Assembly: GCA_045645365.1 (NCBI GenBank)
Contig: JAZRIR010000008.1
Location: forward strand, 8,912 to 72,911
Length of the DNA stretch: 64,000 nucleotides
Source: Clostridia bacterium
Lineage (GTDB): Bacteria; Bacillota; Clostridia; UBA1381
Direction: 5' to 3'
Under the pieces are notes generated by a model, which was given only the letters and a program-made list of their open reading frames with translations, did not search any database and had not been told where the DNA came from. The position numbers and the translations under genes are program-made. Every line of letters begins with the position of its first letter. Position 1 is the stretch's first letter. Below are positions 10,436 to 20,640 of this stretch, piece after piece.

Positions 10436-12208
10436 ATGGGAAGTAATGGTGTAATTAAAAAGGTTTCAGGACCTTTGGTTATTGCAAGTAATATGTTTGA
10501 TGCCAATATGTATGATGTGGTAAGAGTCAGTAAGCACGGTCTTATTGGAGAAATAATCGAAATGCATGGAGATTTAGCATCTATTCAGGTTTATGAAGAA
10601 ACTTCAGGCTTAGGTCCGGGTGAAGAAGTGGTTTCTACAGGAAGTCCATTGAGTGTTGAATTAGGACCTGGGTTGATTAAGAGTATATACGACGGAATTC
10701 AAAGGCCTCTTAATAAGATTATGGAACAGGTTGGAACAAATCTTCAAAGAGGAGTTAATGTTCCCGCTTTGGATAGAGATACTAAATGGGATTTCGTGCC
10801 TTTATTAAAGGCAGGTGAGAAAGTGTCGGGAGGTATGATATTGGGTACCGTTCAGGAAACTGATGTTGTAACTCATAAGATAATGGTACCACCTAATGTA
10901 AAAGGTGAATTGACAGAGCTTAATCAAGGAAAATATACAGTAACAGAATGTATAGGCAAGGTTAAGGATGATAAGGGTAATATAACGGAATTGACTCTTA
11001 TGCAAAAATGGCCTGTTCGTGTGGGAAGACCTTATAAGGAAAAACTCTCACCTGATATTCCATTGGTAACAGGTCAAAGAGTTATTGATACATTGTTCCC
11101 GATTGCAAAGGGCGGTGTAGGAACAGTTCCGGGGCCTTTCGGAAGCGGTAAGACAGTTGTTCAGCATCAACTTGCAAAATGGGCAGATGCGGATATAGTT
11201 GTTTATATTGGTTGTGGTGAAAGAGGAAATGAAATGACAGATGTTCTTAATGAATTTCCTGAAATTCACGACCCAAGAACAGGTGAAACTCTGATGGAAA
11301 GAACAGTACTTATCGCAAACACATCAGATATGCCTGTTGCGGCAAGAGAAGCCTCTATTTATACAGGTATAACTATAGCTGAATATTTCAGAGATATGGG
11401 ATACAGTGTTGTTTTATTGGCAGACTCTACATCAAGATGGGCAGAGGCATTAAGAGAAATGTCGGGCCGTCTTGAAGAAATGCCTGGTGAGGAAGGCTAC
11501 CCTGCTTACCTTGGAAGCCGTCTTGCAGGATTTTATGAAAGAGCAGGAAGAGTTATATCAATAGGTGATGACAAAAGAGAGGGAGCTTTAAGTATTGTCG
11601 GTGCAGTTTCACCACAGGGCGGGGATATATCAGAACCTGTATCTCAAGCTACCTTGAGAATTGTTAAAGTATTCTGGGGACTTGATTCTAATCTCGCATA
11701 CAAAAGACATTTCCCTGCAATTAACTGGTTAAAGAGCTATTCGTTATATATTGATATGATGGCTGATTGGTACAGCGAAAATGTTGATGAGGACTGGGTG
11801 GCCCTAAGACATAGAATTATGGGACTTTTGCAGGATGAAGCAGAGCTTGATGAAATTGTTAAGATGGTTGGTATGGATGCTTTGAATTCATATGATAAAA
11901 TTAAGCTTGAGGCTGCAAGATCTATCAGAGAAGATTTCTTGCATCAGGACGCATTCCATGAGATTGACACATATGCTTCGCTAAAGAAACAGTATATTAT
12001 GATGAAGCTTGTTATGGATTATTATGATTTATCAACTGCTGCACTCTCTAATGGGGTTGGAGCGCAAAAGCTTATGGATATGCCTGTTAGAGAAAGAATA
12101 GGAAGGATTAAATATGTTCCTGAAGAAAGAGTTGCAGATGAATATACATCTGTTCTGGATGAACTCAAGCACAGTATTAATGAGCTGAAAGCTGTCTTGG
12201 AAGATTAA
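10436..12208 (+). CDS. ntpA: V-type ATP synthase catalytic subunit A
   Basis: 590 aa with Walker [10 protein letters not shown] and the conserved [27 protein letters not shown] block. Confidence 0.97.
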   Translation: MGSNGVIKKVSGPLVIASNMFDANMYDVVRVSKHGLIGEIIEMHGDLASIQVYEETSGLGPGEEVVSTGSPLSVELGPGLIKSIYDGIQRPLNKIMEQVGTNLQRGVNVPALDRDTKWDFVPLLKAGEKVSGGMILGTVQETDVVTHKIMVPPNVKGELTELNQGKYTVTECIGKVKDDKGNITELTLMQKWPVRVGRPYKEKLSPDIPLVTGQRVIDTLFPIAKGGVGTVPGPFGSGKTVVQHQLAKWADADIVVYIGCGERGNEMTDVLNEFPEIHDPRTGETLMERTVLIANTSDMPVAAREASIYTGITIAEYFRDMGYSVVLLADSTSRWAEALREMSGRLEEMPGEEGYPAYLGSRLAGFYERAGRVISIGDDKREGALSIVGAVSPQGGDISEPVSQATLRIVKVFWGLDSNLAYKRHFPAINWLKSYSLYIDMMADWYSENVDEDWVALRHRIMGLLQDEAELDEIVKMVGMDALNSYDKIKLEAARSIREDFLHQDAFHEIDTYASLKKQYIMMKLVMDYYDLSTAALSNGVGAQKLMDMPVRERIGRIKYVPEERVADEYTSVLDELKHSINELKAVLED

Positions 12209-12215
12209 GAAAGGA

Positions 12216-13595
12216 TTGATTGTATTGCCTAAAGAATATCGTACTATACAAGAGGTTTCGGGGCCTCTTATGCTTATAAAGGATGTTGATGATGTAACCT
12301 ATAACGAGCTTGGAGAAATAGAGCTTGCAAACGGTGAAAAAAGAAGATGCCGTGTTCTTGAGATTGACGGAAGTAATGCACTTGTTCAGTTATTTGAAAA
12401 CAGTGCAGGAATTAACCTGTCAAACAGTAAGGTTCGTTTTTTAGGACATGGAATTGAGCTTGGTGTTTCGGAAGATATGCTTGGCAGAGTATTTGACGGA
12501 CTGGGACACGCAAAAGACGGAAAATCCGATATAATTCCCGAGAAGAGGATGGATGTTAACGGTGTTCCGATGAACCCTGCAGCAAGAAATTATCCTGAAG
12601 AATTTATTCAGACGGGTGTTTCTGCAATCGACGGACTTAACACATTGGTAAGAGGACAAAAATTACCTATCTTCTCCGGCTCAGGCTTACCACACGCAAA
12701 TCTTGCAGCACAAATTGCAAGACAGGCAAAGGTTTTGGGTGATAATGAGAAGTTTGCGGTTGTTTTTGCGGCTATTGGTATCACATTTGAAGAAGCTAAC
12801 TTCTTTGTTGAAGATTTCAAGAAAACGGGAGCTATGGAGAGAACAGTTCTCTTTATAAATCTTGCAAATGACCCTGCCATTGAGCGTATTGCAACACCTA
12901 AAATGGCTTTGACAGCGGCTGAATATCTTGCATTTGATTTGGGAATGCATGTGCTTGTTATAATGACAGATATTACAAACTATGCCGATGCGTTGAGAGA
13001 AGTATCTGCAGCAAGAAAGGAAGTTCCTGGAAGAAGAGGATACCCGGGTTATATGTACACTGACCTTGCAACAATGTATGAAAGAGCTGGAAGACTAAAG
13101 GGTAAGGACGGAAGTATTACCCTGATACCTATTCTCACTATGCCTGAAGATGACAAGACCCATCCTATTCCTGACCTGACAGGATACATTACAGAGGGAC
13201 AGATAATTTTAAGCCGTGAGTTGTACAGAAAGAATATTGCTCCCCCTATTGATGTTTTGCCGTCCCTTTCAAGACTTAAAGATAAAGGTATTGGAAAAGG
13301 GAAGACAAGAGAAGACCATGCAAACACAATGAACCAGTTGTTTGCTGCATATGCAAGGGGTAAGGAAGCAAAAGAACTTATGGTTATTCTTGGTGATGCG
13401 GCTTTATCTGAGGTTGATAAGCTTTATGCCAAATTTGCGGATGAATTTGAAAAAGAATATGTATCACAGGGTTATAATACCGACAGAACTATTGAAGAAA
13501 CACTCACAATCGGGTGGAAACTTCTTTCCATACTTCCAAGAGCCGAGCTAAAGAGAATAAAGGACGAATATTTAGACCTTTATTATGGCAAGTGA
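12216..13595 (+). CDS. ntpB: V-type ATP synthase subunit B
   Basis: 459 aa with the conserved [32 protein letters not shown] block. It has a non-ATG start, and the exact start codon is uncertain. Confidence 0.96.
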   Translation: MIVLPKEYRTIQEVSGPLMLIKDVDDVTYNELGEIELANGEKRRCRVLEIDGSNALVQLFENSAGINLSNSKVRFLGHGIELGVSEDMLGRVFDGLGHAKDGKSDIIPEKRMDVNGVPMNPAARNYPEEFIQTGVSAIDGLNTLVRGQKLPIFSGSGLPHANLAAQIARQAKVLGDNEKFAVVFAAIGITFEEANFFVEDFKKTGAMERTVLFINLANDPAIERIATPKMALTAAEYLAFDLGMHVLVIMTDITNYADALREVSAARKEVPGRRGYPGYMYTDLATMYERAGRLKGKDGSITLIPILTMPEDDKTHPIPDLTGYITEGQIILSRELYRKNIAPPIDVLPSLSRLKDKGIGKGKTREDHANTMNQLFAAYARGKEAKELMVILGDAALSEVDKLYAKFADEFEKEYVSQGYNTDRTIEETLTIGWKLLSILPRAELKRIKDEYLDLYYGK

Positions 13596-13605
13596 GGTGA
13601 GGTAA

Positions 13606-14256
13606 GTGGCACAGTTAAATGTTAATCCTACCCGTATGGAACTTACAAGACTCAAAAAAAGTCTCGCCACTGCAACAAGAGGCCATAAGCTTTTGAAGGA
13701 TAAGAGAGATGAGCTTATGAGACAGTTTCTTGATATTGTCAAAGAAAACAAAAGACTAAGAGAAAGTGTTGAAAAAAAGCTTGAAGAGGCTAATAAATAT
13801 ATGGCTGTAGCAGGTTCTGTAATGCAAAAGGAAGCTCTTGTTTCGGCTCTTATGATGCCAAAACAGGGTGTTAACTTAAAACTTGGTACAAAAAATATTA
13901 TGAGTGTTGATATTCCTACTTATGAAATAAAAACTAAAACAGCGTCGGGCAGTGATATATTTTCATACGGATTTGTTAATACAAGCGGTGACCTTGATAA
14001 AGCAATTTCACTTTTTTCAGAAAGCTTAGAGGATATGCTAAGGCTTGCTGAATATGAAAAATCAGCACAGTTATTGGCATCTGAAATTGAAAAAACAAGA
14101 AGAAGAGTTAATGCTTTGGAATATGTTATGATTCCAAATTATCAGGATACTATTAAGTATATTTCTATGAAGCTTGATGAGATGGAGAGAAGTAATAATA
14201 CAAGGTTGTTGAAAATAAAAGATATGATGATTGAGAGAAATCTGAAACAAAAATAA
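13606..14256 (+). CDS. ntpD: V-type ATP synthase subunit D (central stalk)
   Basis: 216 aa with a GTG start. The N-terminus NVNPTRMELTRLKKSLATATRGHKLLKDKRDEL is the subunit D signature. Confidence 0.93.
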   Translation: MAQLNVNPTRMELTRLKKSLATATRGHKLLKDKRDELMRQFLDIVKENKRLRESVEKKLEEANKYMAVAGSVMQKEALVSALMMPKQGVNLKLGTKNIMSVDIPTYEIKTKTASGSDIFSYGFVNTSGDLDKAISLFSESLEDMLRLAEYEKSAQLLASEIEKTRRRVNALEYVMIPNYQDTIKYISMKLDEMERSNNTRLLKIKDMMIERNLKQK

Positions 14257-14296
14257 AAAATTGCGGTATCTTCATTACGATACCGCAGTTTTTTTG
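14257..14296 (+). terminator. rho-independent terminator of the V-ATPase operon
   Basis: tgcggtatc / gataccgca hairpin followed by a T7 run. Confidence 0.8.
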
Positions 14297-14400
14297 GAAA
14301 AAATTAAAAAAAAGATTATAAAAAATTCATAAAATCAGAATGTTATTAATGATAATAATTGTAATGATAAACACTATGTATGAAAAAAGCTGTTCTAAAT

Positions 14401-14429
14401 TTGACAAATTGTTATGTATGATATAAAAT
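14401..14429 (+). promoter_or_regulatory. candidate sigma-A promoter of glgA
   Basis: TTGACA (14401-14406), then TGaTATAAA / TAAAAT at 15-17 nt spacing, about 65 nt upstream of the glgA ATG. Confidence 0.45.
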
Positions 14430-14493
14430 ATAAAGTAGAAATTTTCTTAAAAGCTATTACAAATATCATTTTATTTGAAAGGATAGGTGTATT

Positions 14494-16035
14494 ATGAATA
14501 TACTTTATGTTAGTTCAGAAGCTGCTCCGTTTGCAAAAACCGGAGGATTGGGAGATGTGGCAGGTTCGTTGCCGATTGCTCTTAACAAAAAGGGAGCAGA
14601 TGCAAGAGTAATGCTCCCGCTTTACAGATGTATGGATGAAAAATATAAAGAAAAACTGGAGTATATAAACCATATTTATATTGATATGGGTTGGAGAAAA
14701 CAATATTGCGGTGTATTTAAATTAGTCCACGAGGGATGCACATTTTATTTTGTTGATAATGAGTTTTATTTTAATGGAGATAAGCCTTATGATTATATCC
14801 ATTTAGATTGCGAAAAGTTTATTTTCTTTTCAAAAGCAGTTTTATCACTTTTACCGACAATAGACTTTAGGCCTGATGTAATCAACTGTAATGATTGGCA
14901 GACTGCAGCAATTCCTGTATTTTTAGATACATTTTTAGATAATCCTTTTTATCAGGGAATTAAGACTGTTATGTCAATTCATAACCTAAAGTATCAGGGC
15001 AGATGGGACATTAACAAGGTAAGAGATTTTATGGGTATCAGTGACTATTACTTTACGAGTGATAAGCTTGAATATTATGATGATGCCAATCTTTTAAAGG
15101 GCGGTCTTGCTTATGCAACTAAGATTTCAACTGTATCGGAAAGCTATGCAGAAGAAATTAAGACAGATGCATACGGCGAGGGCTTGCAGGGCTTAATAAG
15201 TGCAAGAAGTAATGATTTGGTGGGAATTGTAAACGGAATTTCATATACCGAATGGAATCCTGCAAAGGACGAAATGATTTTTGAAAATTTCAATAAGGTT
15301 AATGTGTTCAAAAAGAAAAAGGAAAATAAAACAAAGCTACAGGAAATGCTAAATCTTCCTGTTGATGAGAATATTTTTATGGTAGGTATAGTTTCAAGAC
15401 TTACTGACCAAAAGGGATTTGACCTTGTTGCATCTGCATTAGATGAGATGTGCAAGGGGGGAATGCAGATAGTAATTTTGGGTACAGGTGATGAAAAGTA
15501 TGAAAATCTGTTCAGACATTATGCATGGCAGTATCCTGATAAGGTTTCTGCAAATATCTGCTTCTCAAATGATTTGTCGCATAAGGTATATGCAGCATGT
15601 GACGCTTTTCTGATGCCGTCAGCGTTTGAGCCTTGCGGATTGTCACAAATTATAAGTATGAGATATGCGACATTGCCGATAGTTCGTGAAACTGGAGGAC
15701 TTAGAGATACAGTTGTTCCTTGTAATGAATTTACAGGAGAGGGAACAGGCTTTTCGTTTGCAAATTATAACTCCCATGATATGCTTCATATACTCAAGTA
15801 TGCAATGGAGATATTCTATACCAACAAAACTCTTTGGAATGGTATGATGAAAAATGCTATGAGCACAGATTTTTCATGGGATATTTCAGCAGATAAGTAT
15901 TTGGGAATGTATAGTGAGATAACAGGAATTCCTGCTCCGAAAAAGGAGAAGAAAGCGCCTGCAAAGAAAGAAAAAACTACAGAAAAAAAGACTGTTAAAA
16001 AGACAACTAAAACTGTTAAGAAAACAGGTAAGTAA
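14494..16035 (+). CDS. glgA: glycogen (starch) synthase, with a Lys-rich C-terminal tail
   Basis: The N-terminus MNILYVSSEAAPFAKTGGLGDVAGSLP (KTGGL motif) and the GT5/GT1 core identify GlgA. The last 34 or so residues are PAPKKEKKAPAKKEKTTEKKTVKKTTKTVKKTGK. Confidence 0.93.
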   Translation: MNILYVSSEAAPFAKTGGLGDVAGSLPIALNKKGADARVMLPLYRCMDEKYKEKLEYINHIYIDMGWRKQYCGVFKLVHEGCTFYFVDNEFYFNGDKPYDYIHLDCEKFIFFSKAVLSLLPTIDFRPDVINCNDWQTAAIPVFLDTFLDNPFYQGIKTVMSIHNLKYQGRWDINKVRDFMGISDYYFTSDKLEYYDDANLLKGGLAYATKISTVSESYAEEIKTDAYGEGLQGLISARSNDLVGIVNGISYTEWNPAKDEMIFENFNKVNVFKKKKENKTKLQEMLNLPVDENIFMVGIVSRLTDQKGFDLVASALDEMCKGGMQIVILGTGDEKYENLFRHYAWQYPDKVSANICFSNDLSHKVYAACDAFLMPSAFEPCGLSQIISMRYATLPIVRETGGLRDTVVPCNEFTGEGTGFSFANYNSHDMLHILKYAMEIFYTNKTLWNGMMKNAMSTDFSWDISADKYLGMYSEITGIPAPKKEKKAPAKKEKTTEKKTVKKTTKTVKKTGK

Positions 16036-16065
16036 TTATATTGTGCAGAAAGGTTTGTAGATGTA

Positions 16066-18525
16066 ATGGAAAAAAAAGTAAAGCTTACCGCTAAAGAGGA
16101 AGCATTGAAAAACGAAATTATTGGAAAGGTGTCAAGACATTTTGGTAAGACTATGGATGATGCCACTCCTAAAATGGTATATACTGCTTGTGCGCTGACA
16201 GCGCGTGACCAGATAATGACTAAATGGGCAAAATCACACAAGCAGGTAAAAGAAGAGGGTTCAAAAAAGCTTTATTATCTTTCTTTTGAGTTCTTAATGG
16301 GAAGGCTTTTGACAACTAATGTATTAAATCTTATGCAGACAAAGACATATACTAATGCCTTAAAGGCTTTGGGATATGATGTTAATGAAATTGCAGAGCT
16401 TGAAAATGATGCTGGACTCGGAAACGGAGGACTTGGAAGACTTGCTGCCTGCTTTATTGATTCTTTGACAACCCTTGATTTGCCTGCATACGGATGTACC
16501 ATAAGATATGAGTACGGACTTTTTAAACAAAAAATTGTTGACGGATACCAGATAGAGCTTCCTGATTCGTGGCTCGAGGACGGAAATGCATGGGAAATTC
16601 CAAGACCGGAAGAAACTGTTGAGGTAAAATTCGGAGGACAGGTGCATACTGACTGGCATGAGGGAAGATTTTACTGCAGATATGAGAATGAGCGCACAAT
16701 CCTTGCAATGCCTTATGATGTACCGCTTGTTGGATATGATTCAAAAATTGTTAATAAGCTAAGACTTTGGTCTGCAAAATCTCCTGACCATATGAATATG
16801 AAAGAGTTTAATAGTGGAAACTATGTGCGTGCTGTTGAGGAAAAACAGTTGGCAGAGGTTATTTCCAAGGTACTATATCCTGAGGATAATCACACAGAAG
16901 GTAAAGAATTGAGATTAAAACAGCAATATTTTTTGGTTTCTGCTACAATTCAATGGATTTTGAGAGAGTTTGAGACAAGATATGGTTATGACTGGAAGAA
17001 ACTGCCTGAAAAGGCTGCAATTCATATTAACGATACACATCCTACTCTTGCTATTCCTGAGTTGATGAGAATTCTTCTTGATGACAAGGGACTCTCATGG
17101 GATGATGCCTGGGAAATAACAAGCAAGGTATTTGCATATACTAATCATACTGTTATGAGTGAAGCGTTGGAAAAATGGCCATTGGATATGTTTAAGAGAG
17201 TACTTCCTAGAATTTCTATGATAGTTGAGGAAATGAACAGAAGACTTATGGAATATCTTGAGGTTGTATATCCTAATGACCCTGCAAAACATAAGTATAT
17301 GGCAATTATCGCTGATAACAGAGTATATATGGCAAATATATGTCTTGCAAGCTGTTTTGCTGTAAACGGAGTTTCAGGACTTCATACAAAAATTCTTACG
17401 TCCGACATATTTGCTGATTATTACAGACTCAGTAAGGATAGCTTCTATGCAATTACAAATGGAATTACATTCAGAAGATGGATTGCAAATTGTAATCCTG
17501 AGCTTGCTGCGCTTATTTCATCAAAGATAGGTAAAACATGGATAAGAAATTATGATGAGCTATCAAAGCTTAAGGAGTTTGCAAAAGATAAGGAATTTTG
17601 TGATGAATTCTATAAGATTAAGCAAAAAAATAAGAAAAGGCTTGCAGAGTATATTAAGGAGCATAATGGAATTGATGTCGATGTTAATTCAATTTTCGAT
17701 GTTCAGTCAAAGAGATTGCATGAATATAAGCGTCAGCTTATGAATGTTCTGCACATTATGGCAGAGTATAATGCCCTTTTGGAAAATCCTGATATGGATT
17801 ATTATCCAAAGACATATATCTTCGGTGCTAAGGCAGCTCCGGGATATGCAAGGGCAAAGCTTATAATAAAACTTATTAATAATGTTGCCGATAAAGTCAA
17901 TAATGACGATAGAATAAAGGGTAAATTAAAGGTTGTTTTCCTTGAAAATTATGGCGTTTCAATAGCTGAAAAGTTGATTGTTGCAGCGGATATATCTGAA
18001 CAGATTTCAACTGCAGGTAAGGAAGCATCAGGTACAGGAAATATGAAATTTATGTTAAACGGTGCACTTACAATCGGTACTCTTGACGGAGCGAATGTTG
18101 AAATGCTTGAACAGGTTGGAGAGGATAACATCTTCATCTTCGGTCTTAAGGCTGATGAGGTTGATGCAAGACTTAAATATAATAATTCCGATGAGGTCAA
18201 AGATATTTATTCAACAAATGAAAAGCTCCGTAAGGTTATTGACCAACTTGTAAACGGTGAATTCTCAAATGGAAATTCACAAATGTTTAAGGATTTGTAT
18301 CAGACATTATTGTTCGGTGATTACGGAAACCCTGATGTTTATATGGTACTTCGTGACTTTGAAGAATACTGCAATATGCAGGAAAAATTGTCAAAGCTTT
18401 ACCAGGACAGAGATAGTTGGGTATCTAAGGCTGTTATGAATACAGCTTGCTCAGGATATTTCTCAAGTGACAGAACAATTAAAGAGTATAATGACAATAT
18501 CTGGCATTTAAAGCCAATTAAGTAA
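16066..18525 (+). CDS. glgP: glycogen/maltodextrin phosphorylase
   Basis: 819 aa with the GLGNGGLGRLAACF motif and the pyridoxal-phosphate site EASGTGNMKFMLNGALTIGTLDGANVE. Confidence 0.96.
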   Translation: MEKKVKLTAKEEALKNEIIGKVSRHFGKTMDDATPKMVYTACALTARDQIMTKWAKSHKQVKEEGSKKLYYLSFEFLMGRLLTTNVLNLMQTKTYTNALKALGYDVNEIAELENDAGLGNGGLGRLAACFIDSLTTLDLPAYGCTIRYEYGLFKQKIVDGYQIELPDSWLEDGNAWEIPRPEETVEVKFGGQVHTDWHEGRFYCRYENERTILAMPYDVPLVGYDSKIVNKLRLWSAKSPDHMNMKEFNSGNYVRAVEEKQLAEVISKVLYPEDNHTEGKELRLKQQYFLVSATIQWILREFETRYGYDWKKLPEKAAIHINDTHPTLAIPELMRILLDDKGLSWDDAWEITSKVFAYTNHTVMSEALEKWPLDMFKRVLPRISMIVEEMNRRLMEYLEVVYPNDPAKHKYMAIIADNRVYMANICLASCFAVNGVSGLHTKILTSDIFADYYRLSKDSFYAITNGITFRRWIANCNPELAALISSKIGKTWIRNYDELSKLKEFAKDKEFCDEFYKIKQKNKKRLAEYIKEHNGIDVDVNSIFDVQSKRLHEYKRQLMNVLHIMAEYNALLENPDMDYYPKTYIFGAKAAPGYARAKLIIKLINNVADKVNNDDRIKGKLKVVFLENYGVSIAEKLIVAADISEQISTAGKEASGTGNMKFMLNGALTIGTLDGANVEMLEQVGEDNIFIFGLKADEVDARLKYNNSDEVKDIYSTNEKLRKVIDQLVNGEFSNGNSQMFKDLYQTLLFGDYGNPDVYMVLRDFEEYCNMQEKLSKLYQDRDSWVSKAVMNTACSGYFSSDRTIKEYNDNIWHLKPIK

Positions 18526-18580
18526 TAATTATAAATCCCCCGCATATGCAGGGGATTTAATATAACTGGAGTGGGAATTA

Positions 18581-20497
18581 ATGAAAATTGAACATAATTC
18601 GCAAATGGAAATTTACCGATTTCCCTTTGGCGCAGTGATAAGGGGAACTAAAGTAAGGCTCCGTCTTGGAATAGCTGACGGGGGTATTCCGAATTCTGTA
18701 AAGGTTCACTATCGTTTTAAAGATGAGATTTATTTTGCTAATATGTTTTATATATTCGAAGTCTGCGGATTTTGTATGTATGAGGCTGAAATCGTTATGC
18801 CTGACAGAGTCGGAAACCTTTGGTACTATTTTGAAATAGTGACAGGAGATGGTAGAGTTTTTTATGCAAATAACAAAGAAAGGCTTGGCGGACGTGGGGA
18901 AGAATATATGAATGAGCCCGATAGTCTGTACCAGATAACCGTTTATTCCCCTGACTATAAAACTCCTGAATGGTTCAGGGAAAGTGTTGTTTATCAGATT
19001 TTTCCAGACAGATTTGCCAACGGTAATGAAAATGGTGAATTTTTAGGTGAAAGAAATGATATAATCAAAAGAAATTGGGGGGAAATGCCTTTTCATAAAG
19101 CAGAACAGTTTGGTGGAGAATATCTTGCAAATGACTTTTTTGGCGGAAATTTAAAGGGTATTACGAAAAACCTTAACTACCTTGCTGAGCTTGGTGTAGG
19201 AGCTATATACCTAAATCCAATATTCAAAGCATATTCAAACCATAAATATGATACGGGTAATTATAAAGAAATTGACCCGTCATTTGGTGAGCTTAAAGAT
19301 TTTAAGGAACTGTGTCAAAAGGCAGAGGAACTTGGTATAAGATTGATTTTAGACGGTGTGTTCAATCATACAGGCAGTAATAGTTTGTACTTTAACAAAA
19401 GCGGCGAATATGCCGGAGTTGGAGCATATCAATCTCAGAATTCAAAGTATTATGATTGGTATAACTTCAGAAACTGGCCTGACGATTATGATTCATGGTG
19501 GGGAATGAAAACTCTGCCGAATGTAAATGAAAATTCAGAGGATTATCAGAATTATATTTTGAAAGATGAGGATGCAGTTGTTAAACACTGGATTAAAAAC
19601 GGAAGCTACGGCTGGAGATTGGATGTTGTAGATGAACTTCCGGGATTTTTCGTGAAAGAAATCAGGAAAGCGGTTAAAAGTGTTGATGAGGATGCCGTTA
19701 TTATCGGTGAAGTCTGGGAGGATGCATCAAATAAATGCAGTTATGGAGAAACAAGAGAATATTTTCTCGGAGGCGAGCTTGATTCGGTTATGAATTATCC
19801 TTTGCGTTCTGCATTGATTGATTTTGCGAAAAAAAATATTGATGCAAAGGAATTTGACAGGCGAATAATGAGCCTTAAGGAAAATTATCCTGCTCCTGCA
19901 TATTATTCGTTACTAAATTTCTTGTCCAGCCACGATGTTGAAAGGATAATAACTGCGGTGAGTTCTGCACCTGATAAAGCCTGTGTTAATAAGGATTTTA
20001 TGGCTCGGTTCACTCTTTCGGATGAAGAGTATGGAAAAGCGGTAAAAAAGGTAAAACAAATAATAGTAATGCTTATGCTTATGCCTGGAGTTCCGTGCAT
20101 TTATTATGGTGACGAAATAGGTATGCAAGGCTATGGCGATCCGTTTTGCAGACAGTGTTTTGATTGGGATAATAAGAATATCGACCTTAAGGTATGGTAT
20201 TCAATGGCTGTTGCGTTAAGGAAAAGTTCTCCGGCATTTTCTAAAGGTGAATTTGAAAATGTATATAAAGTTAACAACGGCTATGGGTTTATGAGAAGCT
20301 ATAAAGACGATATTCATATCGTTCTTACAAACTTCTCCGACAATAATGAATGCTTCAGGCTTGACCTTGCAAGATTTGGTGTGCGGGAATTAGAACTTGA
20401 AAACGGTCTTTTTAAAGAATTTTATAATTCTGGGGATGGAATATACTATATCCAGATGTCAGGATGTGAAGTAAAAGTCTTTAAGTGCAGAAAGTAG
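18581..20497 (+). CDS. GH13 alpha-glycosidase (neopullulanase/cyclomaltodextrinase-like)
   Basis: The four GH13 regions are present: DGVFNHTG, GWRLDVVDEL, GEVWED, FLSSHDVER. It has an N-terminal extension domain and no signal peptide. Confidence 0.85.
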   Translation: MKIEHNSQMEIYRFPFGAVIRGTKVRLRLGIADGGIPNSVKVHYRFKDEIYFANMFYIFEVCGFCMYEAEIVMPDRVGNLWYYFEIVTGDGRVFYANNKERLGGRGEEYMNEPDSLYQITVYSPDYKTPEWFRESVVYQIFPDRFANGNENGEFLGERNDIIKRNWGEMPFHKAEQFGGEYLANDFFGGNLKGITKNLNYLAELGVGAIYLNPIFKAYSNHKYDTGNYKEIDPSFGELKDFKELCQKAEELGIRLILDGVFNHTGSNSLYFNKSGEYAGVGAYQSQNSKYYDWYNFRNWPDDYDSWWGMKTLPNVNENSEDYQNYILKDEDAVVKHWIKNGSYGWRLDVVDELPGFFVKEIRKAVKSVDEDAVIIGEVWEDASNKCSYGETREYFLGGELDSVMNYPLRSALIDFAKKNIDAKEFDRRIMSLKENYPAPAYYSLLNFLSSHDVERIITAVSSAPDKACVNKDFMARFTLSDEEYGKAVKKVKQIIVMLMLMPGVPCIYYGDEIGMQGYGDPFCRQCFDWDNKNIDLKVWYSMAVALRKSSPAFSKGEFENVYKVNNGYGFMRSYKDDIHIVLTNFSDNNECFRLDLARFGVRELELENGLFKEFYNSGDGIYYIQMSGCEVKVFKCRK

Positions 20498-20640
20498 AGT
20501 ATAGCATAACACAATATATTGTGTAAAATTTGCAACAATGTTACAAAAATTATACAAATTGTGCAATTCTATTGAATTTTATTTTAGTATATGTTATAGT
20601 TATAATGTAAAGTTAGAAATAAACGAGAGGAATGATTTTC

